Of a DNA stretch of 64,000 bases, positions 27,959-38,380 are shown piece after piece (position 1 is the stretch's first letter; each line of letters starts with the position of its first letter). The position numbers were made by a program, and so were the translations under genes. The DNA comes from an uncultured virus (IMG/VR IMGVR_UViG_3300005782_000717). Its lineage: Duplodnaviria; Heunggongvirae; Uroviricota; Caudoviricetes. Below the pieces are notes generated by a model that saw nothing but the letters and a program-made list of their open reading frames with translations, ran no database searches and was not told the origin of the DNA. The stretch is taken from the IMG/VR virus record IMGVR_UViG_3300005782_000717; one strand, written 5' to 3'.

Positions 27959-28210
27959 CTATATTGACCAGGTTGGTAAGGCTCCCAGGCCTTGAGTGGT
28001 AAGACGAGTCCCTGAGGAGCCTGGTGTAATTTTGACAAGAGTACCATCACTTCTAACGAGCATATCCCCTTTTTGCATTAAACTAGCTAACTGAAGGAGA
28101 TTAGTTATTCCCTTCACTTGCCAGTCCTTATCAGCGTCTATGGTTAGCTCGGACAGCTTGGTAACACCTAGCTTAATGAGTAGAGCACCACCGTTCTTTA
28201 ATAGTCCCAT
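27959..28210 (-). CDS. Short fibre-like paralogue
   Basis: LSELTIDADKDWQVKGITN. Confidence 0.6.
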   Translation of the reverse strand: MGLLKNGGALLIKLGVTKLSELTIDADKDWQVKGITNLLQLASLMQKGDMLVRSDGTLVKITPGSSGTRLTTQGLGALPTWSI

Positions 28211-28236
28211 TACATTGCCTCTTTTTTATTTACTCC

Positions 28237-29424
28237 TTATATCTCCTGCACTTGCAACCACACATCTATATCGTTGCTACCCGATTCCGATTTAGCCGAT
28301 GCGCTGATTACTGTCCCTATATTGAAGATAAACTCTGTACCGGAAGGTGCGGAAGCGGCTCTCTTGCCGATCCCAACGCCACCCTCAACATAGATATCAT
28401 CGAAATAAGTCGTGCCATCGTAAAGCCTCACCCTGTATTTCTCCGCGGCATCTGGGTAAAGAACCACGCCCACAATACGGAACGGTTTGGCTGCCGCAGC
28501 CCTGACCTGGGTATCTGCCGCCGACCAGGTATTCCCCCCAACCCCTGCCGTTATGGTCACTCCCGCCAAATCATTGGGGGTTGTGGTAATCGGGAATGCC
28601 CCATGAATATTTACCCAGTGATGGTCGCGGGGAGTATCCTCCACATTGAGGGTATTGCCGTGAAGGGTTATGTTGCTAAAGTGCTGCCCATTGCCGGCAT
28701 CAATCTTGATAGCCTTTGCACAGTTACCGATATCAATAGTATCAAAGATATTCTCATCCGCATCGGCTCCTAAAATATGAACCCCGACAAGGCATTTGTG
28801 TATTCGTAAATGTTCAAATTCGGAGCAACACAGTTCATCTACTTTGAAAGCCGTCATTTTGGTTTGGTCTTTACCGAGAAAGTCTAAATCATACGCCTTG
28901 AAATGCTTTTGAGAAGCCGTGTCATACCATAAGGCAGTTGCCGGAACAGTTAAATCGTGTCCCACAAACTGACAATGCCTAGTCCTGGCGCCACCCCTTG
29001 TTTGAATAAGCCCGTTATTACCTGTGCCGAGATTGAAATTCAAATCAATAACAGATGACCTGCCAGTTAGTTTTAGAATAGAAGTGGCACCGAGGTGGTC
29101 ATTCTTTATCTTCGCCCAGTTTCTATGCGTTCCCAGAAGGATAACATTTGCCGCCCAAGTGGGGTTGCCGGTAGTATCTATGTCGTAATACCCCGCTCCA
29201 TGGGGCGAAATGATAATCAGAGTGGCATCCTCGTCATCAGTAGAAGCCGCATCAAGTGCGTCCTGGATAGTAGTAAAAGCAGTCCTCAAAGATAATCCAT
29301 CCACCCCTGTCCCGTTGGGCGAAACCCTTAAAGTAGCCGAAACGGCTCTCTCAAGAGTGGCATTGCCGAGCATATCTTCCTGCCGCTCAATCAACCTCTC
29401 TAATCTTCCCGTCTCGTCTATCAT
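28237..29424 (-). CDS. Right-handed beta-helix spike-like protein
   Basis: VSPNG...AFTTIQDALDAA and Asn/Ile beta-helix periodicity. Confidence 0.65.
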   Translation of the reverse strand: MIDETGRLERLIERQEDMLGNATLERAVSATLRVSPNGTGVDGLSLRTAFTTIQDALDAASTDDEDATLIIISPHGAGYYDIDTTGNPTWAANVILLGTHRNWAKIKNDHLGATSILKLTGRSSVIDLNFNLGTGNNGLIQTRGGARTRHCQFVGHDLTVPATALWYDTASQKHFKAYDLDFLGKDQTKMTAFKVDELCCSEFEHLRIHKCLVGVHILGADADENIFDTIDIGNCAKAIKIDAGNGQHFSNITLHGNTLNVEDTPRDHHWVNIHGAFPITTTPNDLAGVTITAGVGGNTWSAADTQVRAAAAKPFRIVGVVLYPDAAEKYRVRLYDGTTYFDDIYVEGGVGIGKRAASAPSGTEFIFNIGTVISASAKSESGSNDIDVWLQVQEI

Positions 29425-30326
29425 ACCCCGAACCAGTCCCTTTCCTGTTCAAATATCATCCTGTGTTCACTGGCAGACAAAGCCCTCGACCACGCCCTCG
29501 GCCGGTGCAATCTACCCGTCCAATAGTGAGTATCCTTAGAATATCTGCACCCAACCACAAGGTCGTATGTAGTATTGGTGCTGGGGTCTATCAATCCGCC
29601 TGCCGAAGTGGTTGTCGTAATGGGCTGACCGTCTCTATAGTGCTGCCCCACGCCACCTGCCCTGCTCACGCCGAACAGGTGCATCTCGCCATCGTATATC
29701 CATCCCCTCGAATAGCAGGCCGTTCTGGTCGTCCCGTGATGGTGCCTCAGCGTTATGATATTATTGGGGTCGTAATAGTAAAGCTCCCAGCCCCTTCCCA
29801 AAATCATAGGCACACCAGGATCGTAAACATAATACCGGCCCATGAGAATCATGTCATCATCTTCCCAATGGGCGGCATCTATCCATATCGCCAGGCTGTA
29901 ATCGGTATCTGTGAAATTAAGGGCTGTGGTATCAGCCACCGGGGCATCAAGGTAGCGCGAATTGATTTCGTTAGCCAATAGCTCGGTGGCACGGGATATC
30001 GGGGTTGTAGCCTGGGCTCGCCGTTCTCCTGACTCATAATTTGCCCCTGGAGGAGCAGCGGTAAGGCTATACCCTACCTGGATATGATAGGTGGTAGAGG
30101 CACTTATCTGGTCAACTACTATGCCGATTACATCATAATCAAAGGGAATGGTGTCAACTGGAATTATCTGTGTCCAATCCCCAAAGGTATTTATTACTGC
30201 TGCTGCCTCCAGCTGAATAAAACTAGAAACATCTTGGGGATAGACACGCCACCTGGAGTGTACTTCATGTTCTATCTTAGAGATGTCGCTGATAATCCTC
30301 GGCGTTAGAAGCAGGCTCATGGTCAC
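29421..30326 (-). CDS. Virion protein with C-terminal LamG-like domain
   Basis: YSLAIWI, HLFGVSR, LVVG, RAWSRALS. Confidence 0.7.
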   Translation of the reverse strand: MTMSLLLTPRIISDISKIEHEVHSRWRVYPQDVSSFIQLEAAAVINTFGDWTQIIPVDTIPFDYDVIGIVVDQISASTTYHIQVGYSLTAAPPGANYESGERRAQATTPISRATELLANEINSRYLDAPVADTTALNFTDTDYSLAIWIDAAHWEDDDMILMGRYYVYDPGVPMILGRGWELYYYDPNNIITLRHHHGTTRTACYSRGWIYDGEMHLFGVSRAGGVGQHYRDGQPITTTTSAGGLIDPSTNTTYDLVVGCRYSKDTHYWTGRLHRPRAWSRALSASEHRMIFEQERDWFGV

Positions 30327-30730
30327 TACATTGCCTCCAGCATAGCAGTATAGGCGATCGCTTTGCCGTCATCGGCAACGTTATCTGACTGGCAGGTAAC
30401 CCTCAATATGTCGTGAATACCTATTGTGCCATTGACAATCCAGCAGCCGTCAGGGTCGGTGCCGACAACAAAGGTTTGCTCGTAAAGTTGCCTTTCAACG
30501 CCATTGACTTTCATGTAGAGCCTGATGGTTATGGTAGCAGTAGCCGTTAGCTGGCTAATATCAACGATTAGCGAGTGGATCTTTTTCTTGGTTACGGCAA
30601 CCCCCAGCGAAACTAAGTCCTGTTCAGCGGTGTTCCAAAGTTCTGACTCAGTGCCTTCAGCTATAGCTTCACCAGCTAGTTTATCGGTCTGGGTTAATAT
30701 TCTTTTAATTCGCCCAATCAAGTCTATCAT
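30326..30730 (-). CDS. Small beta-rich virion protein
   Basis: Operon position; beta-strand pattern. Confidence 0.55.
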   Translation of the reverse strand: MIDLIGRIKRILTQTDKLAGEAIAEGTESELWNTAEQDLVSLGVAVTKKKIHSLIVDISQLTATATITIRLYMKVNGVERQLYEQTFVVGTDPDGCWIVNGTIGIHDILRVTCQSDNVADDGKAIAYTAMLEAM

Positions 30731-31420
30731 TTATAATATCCCGTATAGGTGATGTTCTGCTTTATATATGGATAGCATTTCATCGGGTGACAGCCACCTT
30801 CCCCAAATTCTAGGATAGGCAAAACTACCGTTCCAAGGATTTGCAATTTCGTCGTTGTAAATTCCAATATGATGGTCCTCCACAGCAGCATTAACTGGAG
30901 CTATATGAGTGCCAACTATAACAGTATCGTCAATTCCCTGAATAAAGATTCTAACGCTTCCAGCAGCTCTGGTGCATCCAACCAAAGTCCAGTTATTAAT
31001 CATTACAGAGTTGGTGTTGCTACTTGATACTTGGTGGGCACCTAATTGATTAGTGAAAAGGCTAACCCTACCCTCAGTGTCTACTAAGAAATACCAGCCG
31101 CTACTATCGGTGATACCACGGCAGAAAATCATCCTCTGCGCACTCAGGTCTCCGGCGTAAACCCAGCATAGCAGGCTAAAGTCTCCAAACTGGAAGTTCA
31201 GGTCACCAGAATCAGCGTTCGGGCAAACAAGAAAATCTGGGGTAGTAGAGTCAAAGACTAAAATGGGATTATCAAACATGGTGCTCCAAAGCGGCACTCC
31301 CGACAGAGTATGGGTCTGGTGAGGCTTGCCTCTATCAAAAGCCTCAGCGCCGGTCATCTCCTCAAGGGTTAGACCTAAAAGAAGAGTCTGATATACTGAC
31401 CTTTTATCGTAGCCTATCAT
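30731..31420 (-). CDS. LamG/concanavalin A-like domain protein
   Basis: FSLLCWV, NNWTLVGCT, HIG, RIWGRWLSPDE. Confidence 0.8.
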   Translation of the reverse strand: MIGYDKRSVYQTLLLGLTLEEMTGAEAFDRGKPHQTHTLSGVPLWSTMFDNPILVFDSTTPDFLVCPNADSGDLNFQFGDFSLLCWVYAGDLSAQRMIFCRGITDSSGWYFLVDTEGRVSLFTNQLGAHQVSSSNTNSVMINNWTLVGCTRAAGSVRIFIQGIDDTVIVGTHIAPVNAAVEDHHIGIYNDEIANPWNGSFAYPRIWGRWLSPDEMLSIYKAEHHLYGIL

Positions 31421-32460
31421 GCCGCGTACAATGCCTCCCAGTCGTAGTCTTTAGCGCCGCCGGCCGTTCTTTCCATTGTGACCTCTACCCCAAATCTATT
31501 AGGCTCCAATTCAACATTTATTAGTGGCGGGTCTTGAACACCGGCAAATGTTACTTCATCTTTCAGGATAAGGTTTCCTGTAGACTTGATGCGATAATAT
31601 GTCCTAACCACTACTGTCTCCGCAGCAGTTTGGTTGGTAAAATCTATCATTACCTTCTTTGGTTCATACACCCCGGCCGGAGCATCATTGACATAGACAT
31701 CATCCTCACCACCAGTAGTAGTAACTGTGCCGCCGGTCTCGGTCAGAGTAAGCAAAGCATTAACTGTGGCAAAGATATCACCGCTACTAGCAAACAGCTT
31801 TGCCAGCCAGGCAAATAGTGTGGTTGTCCCCGCTGGGTCGGTGTTGGTGCCTACCTTGGCGTCAAGAGCAGCTATCTCAGCAGGGACAGTCCTGATGGCG
31901 GTGATGGAAAACCTAGTGCCTTCGGTAATCGTCCCGCCAAAGGATGTATGGGGCGTTACTGTGCCACCGGTAGTTACCCCATCAATGTCTCTGACCTGAC
32001 CAGCATAGGAACCCGACTTAATGACGGCCTGGTTGCCGTCAAAGTCAGGCTTGGTGGTTAAATCAGAACATACCAGGGTTCCACCGCCAATTGCTCCATC
32101 GGCTGTGGTCGTGCCCCGGTAGCTCACCAGGGCATCCAGTAGTTCTGTCACCTGGCCAGCGCCCGCATTGAGTATTCTGAAAATAGTGCCCGCTTTTATC
32201 TGAGCACTGAATGGTGACCCAACGGTGATGGTGCCGTCTGTATTGTCGAATGATGCTGCCCCCTTGTCCTCATAGAGAGCGTCACCACTACCGATAAGAA
32301 CGGTCTTCCCGCTAATAAAGTCATTTTCGCCGATGAGATTGGCGTCTATCAGGGTGTTAAATACCGGAGTGGCTCCGTCGGCGGTAGTGATGCCGGTATA
32401 CGCTGTTAGGGCAGCTATTATCTCCTCTCGGGCTAAAGAGTAATGTCTATCCATTACCAT
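31417..32460 (-). CDS. Virion protein with internal duplication
   Basis: Y.G.TTADGA...TL repeated twice. Confidence 0.6.
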   Translation of the reverse strand: MVMDRHYSLAREEIIAALTAYTGITTADGATPVFNTLIDANLIGENDFISGKTVLIGSGDALYEDKGAASFDNTDGTITVGSPFSAQIKAGTIFRILNAGAGQVTELLDALVSYRGTTTADGAIGGGTLVCSDLTTKPDFDGNQAVIKSGSYAGQVRDIDGVTTGGTVTPHTSFGGTITEGTRFSITAIRTVPAEIAALDAKVGTNTDPAGTTTLFAWLAKLFASSGDIFATVNALLTLTETGGTVTTTGGEDDVYVNDAPAGVYEPKKVMIDFTNQTAAETVVVRTYYRIKSTGNLILKDEVTFAGVQDPPLINVELEPNRFGVEVTMERTAGGAKDYDWEALYAA

Positions 32461-32464
32461 CTAT

Positions 32465-33028
32465 CTACTCCTGCACCACCACCTCAACCTTGACCTCTCC
32501 CGCGGTTGGCGCTACGGCGGTTGTTATGTCGCAGCCAATAAACGGGTGCCAGTCATCCCAGGCAAGCCCCACGGAGATGTAACCGTTGGCAGCGCAAGGC
32601 CAGGCGGGGAGTATGTTGACGGCACCATCTATGGCGTCCCTGATATTGCCTATGGGCTGTATCTGGACTATCTGGTTAAGGGTGTTCTTCACCTTGAGGA
32701 GCAGTCTCTTACCCTTCTTCCAGTTGACCAGCTCGCTGTGGAAGGTGCCGATGGTTCTGATTGACTGCCGGTAGATTTTCTCTGGCTCCCTGGCCTCCCA
32801 GGTGGTGGTAACCGTGATTTTTAGTTCGGCAAGCTGAACCCTTATCTCCTCCAGTTTACTTAGGACAGGTTCCCACCCCGGCCATTCTGGAGGAGGGGCT
32901 GCTGGTGCTGCCCCCTCCAGCACGGCTATTAGCCTGTCGAGCTTGTTGACAAGAGCCTCAACATGGTCCCACGGGGCCAGCCTTGGCGTTGTTGGCGGCG
33001 GCGGTGGATGCATTCCCGGCTCTACCAT
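32465..33028 (-). CDS. Pro-rich N-terminus plus beta domain, virion-like
   Basis: Operon position. Confidence 0.55.
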   Translation of the reverse strand: MVEPGMHPPPPPTTPRLAPWDHVEALVNKLDRLIAVLEGAAPAAPPPEWPGWEPVLSKLEEIRVQLAELKITVTTTWEAREPEKIYRQSIRTIGTFHSELVNWKKGKRLLLKVKNTLNQIVQIQPIGNIRDAIDGAVNILPAWPCAANGYISVGLAWDDWHPFIGCDITTAVAPTAGEVKVEVVVQE

Positions 33029-33041
33029 ATTTATCCTCCCT

Positions 33042-33488
33042 CTAGTCCTTCTTCCACGGCCACTTGATTGTGAATATCCTCGGCAACGGGGGACCCTCCT
33101 CGGGTGACATTGGCAAAAGTTTCTCTGCCCCGCCCTCGGCAGGCAATTTCCCCCGCTCCCTCAAGACTTCCTCTGCGGCACTGACCGCATAGGCCCTATT
33201 CTTCTCCATCAGCTCTATGCCGGTTGGCTCCCTACCTTTTAACTCTCCATAAGCCTCCCTGAGTTTCCAGGTCGGCATCTTCCTTAGCTCTATACGAACC
33301 ATCGTTTGGTAAGGCTCGGGGACGATGCTTCGTTCGGGGCCGCGGCTTTCTTGCTGTTGTATCCACTTATCCACTAGCGAGGCTAGCTCCTCGGACTCCT
33401 CAGGAGTTAGCGCTCTTACATCATCACCAGTCAGAGCCAGGATTCCCGAAAAATACCGAACCCTCTTCAGTTCCTCAGGGGTAAGCAT
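33042..33488 (-). CDS. Hypothetical protein with C-terminal GPPLPR..WPW motif
   Basis: RBS GGAGGAG; motif shared with other small ORFs. Confidence 0.6.
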   Translation of the reverse strand: MLTPEELKRVRYFSGILALTGDDVRALTPEESEELASLVDKWIQQQESRGPERSIVPEPYQTMVRIELRKMPTWKLREAYGELKGREPTGIELMEKNRAYAVSAAEEVLRERGKLPAEGGAEKLLPMSPEEGPPLPRIFTIKWPWKKD

Positions 33489-33586
33489 AGCTCTCCTCCT
33501 TGGCGTGTTCTCCTTTAGCAAAAAGGGAAACCGAGGCTTGTTTACCCCCGTCTCCCTCTATTTACAACTAAGAGTTAGCCTCTCCT

Positions 33587-33913
33587 TCACTCAAAGTCAT
33601 AGGCGAAGGTTATGTGGCAGCTGCCGTCCAGCACCCCCCTTACCACCTGGGCCTTGCCCAGAAACCTGATGTCCTTGAGCTCGTCCCTCAAGGTAACGCA
33701 GGCATCAACCGAGACATTTAGCCTGAGCCGGTCTACTGTTACATCGACCGCGGGGGCAGCCGCCGTTTGGAACACATCCTGAAACTGAAGCACGGCATCA
33801 GCCCCTGCCAGGACATTGTCCACGGCGATAAAGCTGGGCTTAATCTTGGCATTCTTCTTTTCGGCAATCAGGTCTTCGGTGGCCGCATCCATGCTCACTA
33901 CTGCGCTTGGCAT
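33587..33913 (-). CDS. Small beta-rich virion-like protein
   Basis: Strong RBS; operon position. Confidence 0.55.
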   Translation of the reverse strand: MPSAVVSMDAATEDLIAEKKNAKIKPSFIAVDNVLAGADAVLQFQDVFQTAAAPAVDVTVDRLRLNVSVDACVTLRDELKDIRFLGKAQVVRGVLDGSCHITFAYDFE

Positions 33914-33925
33914 TCCTTACCTCCT

Positions 33926-34552
33926 TTACCAGCGAAGCTCACTGTAGTACTTGATTTGTTTGGCCAGCCTCAGCTGCTCGGCAGTCGGTGCCGCCATCTG
34001 GGTCAGGTGGCACTTGTTCACCGTCAATCCAAGCACGCACTTCTCGTAGTCTATACCCGTATCCACGAAAACCCTGAGAATCAGGGGCTCCAGGTCCTTG
34101 ATGAAGTACATGAATATCCGCTTGTCGTCGTAGGGGCTGTCCTCGGGCTTGCGGGCGCCGAGATACCTCCGGGTGGCATGGGTGACATCGGGAACCATCC
34201 CCGTCTGCTCAAGACGACTCACGAACTCGCCGGCAGGGATGTAGAAGTGAACCAGGTAGTTTCCCGGCTTGAAGCCCAAGGCCACCTCGTAGAGTGTCCT
34301 GGTATTCTCGGGGTAGATGTTCTCACCGCCGGCGGAGTTGGACAGGTCGACATCGCGGAAATTCGCGGTTTGTATGACGTAGCTCAGGTCGTGGGGAACC
34401 TGGTTGGTTCTGTCGACCTGGAAGAGCTTGCCCTTGACATAGGACAGGGTGTCCGGCCAGGCATCGGAGAACTTAACGAAGTAGTTTTCCTGTAAGAGGG
34501 CAGGCACCCCTGGGCTGACCCTGGCCAGGGATACCGGTCTTAGTTCCAACAT
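33926..34552 (-). CDS. Candidate structural protein
   Basis: Strong RBS, biased codon usage, beta-rich. Confidence 0.5.
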   Translation of the reverse strand: MLELRPVSLARVSPGVPALLQENYFVKFSDAWPDTLSYVKGKLFQVDRTNQVPHDLSYVIQTANFRDVDLSNSAGGENIYPENTRTLYEVALGFKPGNYLVHFYIPAGEFVSRLEQTGMVPDVTHATRRYLGARKPEDSPYDDKRIFMYFIKDLEPLILRVFVDTGIDYEKCVLGLTVNKCHLTQMAAPTAEQLRLAKQIKYYSELRW

Positions 34553-34673
34553 AACTTACCTCCTTTTCCTCTCCTTCTCGCCAAGGAGAGTAAGTTTAGT
34601 TTCTTTGGGCGAGTTTCGGCCCCCGCCCACGGCTTTTATTCTGCTATTTTCTCAAGCAGAGGATCTTCCTTCC

Positions 34674-35423
34674 TCACGCGGGGACATCAGCTAACGGCCG
34701 CATCTCATCCAACTGCTTCTGCCAGAGTAAGGCCCTTGATTCATCCATAAGAAGAAGCTTGGCCGTAGCTACCTTCCCGCTCATAGCCAGTTTCCTGTAT
34801 CTGGCTGGTTGAGCTATAGCTAGGATAAGAGTAGGGAAAAATCCCGTCTTAGATCCAATCGGGTTAGGGTCCTTTTTTACCAGATCATCAAGGATTGATT
34901 TAATCTCAGCTGCTCCCAGGCCACCGAAGTAGGCTTTCCTATTTAAGCTTTCACCCTTACCAAGTGGTCGTTGGCAATCCATGTGAACTGTTCTGGTAAC
35001 CCCAAAGGCACGACAGGCTAAAGGCCTATATGGGTAAATAAGGCACCTCTTGTCTTCGTCTAAAAAGGGGCACCAGGAACGGGCTAAGCTATTAATCTCG
35101 GCATCCAGCTGGTGGGTTATAACAATCGGCTCTCCGCCAAAGACAGGCGTGTGAGTTGGCGCCACCTTATGATTTTCCAGAAGCCAGCCTTCAACTCTGT
35201 CCAGGATTGGCTTTAAGTTGCCGGCAACGACCAGATTTGATACCGCATAGGCAGCTTCAAGGCCGTAGCAGAACACGCAATTCTTACAGCAGAGGCCGCA
35301 CTTTTCGACACAAAGAGGTACTCCCAGCCGCTGGCTTAATTGGTCAGCGGCCAGGTCATACGCCCAATGAACTGTCTTCAGTCGCTTAAAGCACTCAAGA
35401 CTTTTCTCTGCTGTTTGAGTCAT
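34674..35423 (-). CDS. YkgJ/CxxCxxCC Fe-S cluster protein (FliB-like)
   Basis: CVEKCGLCC, CPFL...CLIYPYRPLACRAF. Confidence 0.85.
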   Translation of the reverse strand: MTQTAEKSLECFKRLKTVHWAYDLAADQLSQRLGVPLCVEKCGLCCKNCVFCYGLEAAYAVSNLVVAGNLKPILDRVEGWLLENHKVAPTHTPVFGGEPIVITHQLDAEINSLARSWCPFLDEDKRCLIYPYRPLACRAFGVTRTVHMDCQRPLGKGESLNRKAYFGGLGAAEIKSILDDLVKKDPNPIGSKTGFFPTLILAIAQPARYRKLAMSGKVATAKLLLMDESRALLWQKQLDEMRPLADVPA

Positions 35424-35427
35424 TTTA

Positions 35428-35907
35428 TTACAGTCCTGTGGCTACCTTGATACTGATGGTGATGTTCTTGGCGCCAGCATTTAAGCTTGCTGAGCGGGCG
35501 CTGACTTGCGAAGCGGCCGCTAGCCTCACCGGGTAAGGCACCATTGAGAAGGGCATTCCCAAATCCGTACCAACGGCGGTGAACTTTGCCCACTGAATCT
35601 CGTCTATCGCGCGGGTTAGAGCTGGAGGCGGGCCGGTGCCGTCGGTGAGACCGATCTGCACAGCGCAATTATCGGCAGCGGCGCCAACACTGAAGAGCTG
35701 GGTGCCAATATACCAGAACGCGCTACCGGCAATGTCGGTAGTCGCAATGACTTCTGTCCAGTCCCCCCAATCATCAGCCGCAGCCTTGGACGGAATAGCC
35801 ACGCCGGGCGTCTGCTTGGTAGCTGTTACCGGCCAGACGGAATAAATAATACTACCCGTTTCAACGAGGGCATTCCTGAGTTCTCTTAACTCACTGAACC
35901 ATGACAT
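35428..35907 (-). CDS. Virion protein, paralogue of 35936-36397
   Basis: MSWFSELR...WGDWTEVIA...KVATGL. Confidence 0.7.
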   Translation of the reverse strand: MSWFSELRELRNALVETGSIIYSVWPVTATKQTPGVAIPSKAAADDWGDWTEVIATTDIAGSAFWYIGTQLFSVGAAADNCAVQIGLTDGTGPPPALTRAIDEIQWAKFTAVGTDLGMPFSMVPYPVRLAAASQVSARSASLNAGAKNITISIKVATGL

Positions 35908-35935
35908 TTCTTACCTCCTTTACACCTGAAAGCTT

Positions 35936-36397
35936 TTACAGCCCGGTGGCTACCTTGACGCTGACGGTGACGGTCTTGCCGCCAGTTTTGCCAGCTGAGC
36001 GGCCACTGAGTTCCGCCTTCGCCGGGAGCAGCACCGGGTAAGGCACCTGTGACAGGGGCATCCCAAAATCCTGGTCAGCTGCAGTCATCAATCGCCACTC
36101 AATCTCATCTATCGCCTGGGTTGAGCCGCCTGCGCCGTCGCCTTGGCAAATTTGCACCGCGGCATCATCACCAGCCTGCCCTGTGTTAAGGAGCTGGGTG
36201 CCAACGTACCAGTACTTAGTGGCAATGGTGTCCGTAGCAATGATTGTTGTCCAAACCCCCCACACGTCAGCCGCACCCTGGACAAGGGCCTGGCCGGGAC
36301 TCTGCTCGTCAACTGTTATCGGGTAGACGGCATAAATAACACTGTCCGATTCAACGAGGGCATCCCTAATTCGTCTTAACTCAGTCCACCATGACAT
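35936..36397 (-). CDS. Virion protein, paralogue of 35428-35907
   Basis: MSWWTELR...WGVWTTIIA...KVATGL. Confidence 0.7.
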   Translation of the reverse strand: MSWWTELRRIRDALVESDSVIYAVYPITVDEQSPGQALVQGAADVWGVWTTIIATDTIATKYWYVGTQLLNTGQAGDDAAVQICQGDGAGGSTQAIDEIEWRLMTAADQDFGMPLSQVPYPVLLPAKAELSGRSAGKTGGKTVTVSVKVATGL

Positions 36398-36443
36398 CTC
36401 CTACCTCCTTTTGGGCGGGTACTACCCGCCTGAACTATTCGGT

Positions 36444-37238
36444 TTAAGAACTTATCGGTGAGAATTCGGGTTCCAGCTCGAAAGCTTTGGCTACGTCAGT
36501 AAATGAGTTGTCCCGTACATCCTCCGCCGTTATCAGCCAGGGATGATCGGTATGATAACCGGCATATTTTGCCTGCTGGACACGTTTAGATAATGTTTTC
36601 CACCTCTCCGGTTCGAGGAACGCGTAAATTATAGAGGGCATCCAGTATTCGGTCAGCCAATCAGGTGCGTGTTCTTTAAGGTGATTTACCAATGCCTCTC
36701 TTTGCGCTTCCAGGGAAGCCTTGGCTGAAATGAATCTTCTGTCCCCTTCTGATTCGCCCTTATAAAAAGGCCGGGGACACTTCGGTGCCGGGCGCGTCAC
36801 TGCATATGCCCGGCAAACCGGGTCCCTCCATGGATAAATAAGGCACTTCATGTCTGGAGCTAAAAACGGGCAGGAAAGCCGGTGGGCAGTACGGTATTCG
36901 TTTAACCGGGTTTGCTCCTCCTCCTGCCCGTCACTGGAAAATCGGAAGCGCACATCAGGTAACTCGTATAGCAGCCATTTTTCCAGCTGCTCAACTATGT
37001 ATTTCCGGTCGTCCTTCGGGAAGGTGTTGATTGCAACCGCAATATAAAGCCCGGAAAATCGGGGTATAGGAAAGGATTGGTGGCAACAGCGACCACAATC
37101 AGTCATGCAGACCGGGCCTCCCAGGTAGAAACTTAAAGCTGTAGCCAGGAAGTCCTGCTCCTTGTGGAGATTGTACAGCATCACCAGTGCCTGCTGCACT
37201 GGCTGCGGGGGCGCTGATATTTGTAAACCTGATTCCAT
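36444..37238 (-). CDS. YkgJ/CxxCxxCC Fe-S cluster protein (FliB-like)
   Basis: CMTDCGRCC, CPFL...CLIYPWRDPVCRAY. Confidence 0.85.
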   Translation of the reverse strand: MESGLQISAPPQPVQQALVMLYNLHKEQDFLATALSFYLGGPVCMTDCGRCCHQSFPIPRFSGLYIAVAINTFPKDDRKYIVEQLEKWLLYELPDVRFRFSSDGQEEEQTRLNEYRTAHRLSCPFLAPDMKCLIYPWRDPVCRAYAVTRPAPKCPRPFYKGESEGDRRFISAKASLEAQREALVNHLKEHAPDWLTEYWMPSIIYAFLEPERWKTLSKRVQQAKYAGYHTDHPWLITAEDVRDNSFTDVAKAFELEPEFSPISS

Positions 37239-37324
37239 AACTATTACACTCCCCTTTAACTACTCTCCCCAGAAGGGACAATAGGTTAATGGGGGCAGCG
37301 GCGGCCACCCCCATAGCCTATAAT

Positions 37325-37798
37325 TTATGCAGAGACTACTCTTGAGTCCGGGGAAAGGGGGACGTAGCGTAGTGTCCATATGATACTGCCAGTTGTTTGA
37401 CCCGGAGCAGCAATATCCAAGTGCAAAGCGCCTACAGGCAACACCACAGGCATTGTCATGCCCTCTATGCTTCCAGAGCTTCCACGTACTGCTGTAGGTA
37501 TAAGAGCATCAGTATTGACACCCGAAAGGCCAACCAGGTCACCTGCAGCAAAGCCTTGAATATCCTCGGCAGTACAAAGGTCTCGTGTTGTCGCGGTACC
37601 AGCTGTAGGCACAGCCTGAAACTTGCAACTTGTAGCGTTAGCCGACATAACGGCAGCGATTTCCCCTATCAGTGAGGTCACTAGTATTGGCCCGCCAGTA
37701 ATAAGGAAAAGGTCTGCACTTACTGTGGGCAGGGTTGCAGTATCATTTATTGCCTTTTCGCCTAAAATCCCAACTTTAGTCCACCATGCTCCTGCCAT
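37325..37798 (-). CDS. Beta-rich virion protein, paralogue 3 of 3
   Basis: LFLITGGPILVTSLIGE...TDALIP...WTLRYVPL. Confidence 0.7.
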   Translation of the reverse strand: MAGAWWTKVGILGEKAINDTATLPTVSADLFLITGGPILVTSLIGEIAAVMSANATSCKFQAVPTAGTATTRDLCTAEDIQGFAAGDLVGLSGVNTDALIPTAVRGSSGSIEGMTMPVVLPVGALHLDIAAPGQTTGSIIWTLRYVPLSPDSRVVSA

Positions 37799-37846
37799 AA
37801 TTGTTCCCTCCCTTACTTTAATGTACTATGTGTGTCCATATAGCCA

Positions 37847-38314
37847 TTATGTTATTACGGCCGTCACAATAGCACCATCATCAAGAGCAACGTAGCCCAT
37901 TGTCCACTGGATCTTACCGGTCTCGCTGGCGCTGCATTCCCAGTCCAGGGTGCCCTCCTGTAAGATGACCGGGCATGTCATACCCTCAACGCTACACGCT
38001 TTTGTCGGAGGTATTAGAGGATCAGTGTTGATACCAGTAAGACCCAGCACATCGCCTACTAGCCAGGGTGCTGTCCCAATATCCAGGTTAGCTGCGATAT
38101 CCACATCTGTCCCTGTGGTGACGTTAGCCGTCAGCTTGAGGTTGTTAGCAGCAGTGGCGATGAGGGTGTCAATTGTCCCGACCAGCGAGGTCATCAGCAC
38201 CCGCCCGCCGCTAATTTTGAACATATTCTTCGCCACGCCCTGTGGTAGGACGGTAACTTCCCTCACGCAAGTCTCACCTAATGAACCTAGTTTATCCCAC
38301 CATGCTCCTGCCAT
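37847..38314 (-). CDS. Beta-rich virion protein, paralogue 2 of 3
   Basis: MFKISGGRVLMTSLVG...TDPLIP...WTMGYVAL. Confidence 0.7.
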   Translation of the reverse strand: MAGAWWDKLGSLGETCVREVTVLPQGVAKNMFKISGGRVLMTSLVGTIDTLIATAANNLKLTANVTTGTDVDIAANLDIGTAPWLVGDVLGLTGINTDPLIPPTKACSVEGMTCPVILQEGTLDWECSASETGKIQWTMGYVALDDGAIVTAVIT

Positions 38315-38380
38315 TTCCCTGTCCTCCTTTTGCTTATTGTCGTGGGAGTGGCCCTAAAGCCACTCCCACTCGCTTACTTT

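Noticed and set aside
29421..30326. DGR-type variable region in LamG/spike genes
   Set aside because: No reverse transcriptase and no adenine-variant template repeat seen
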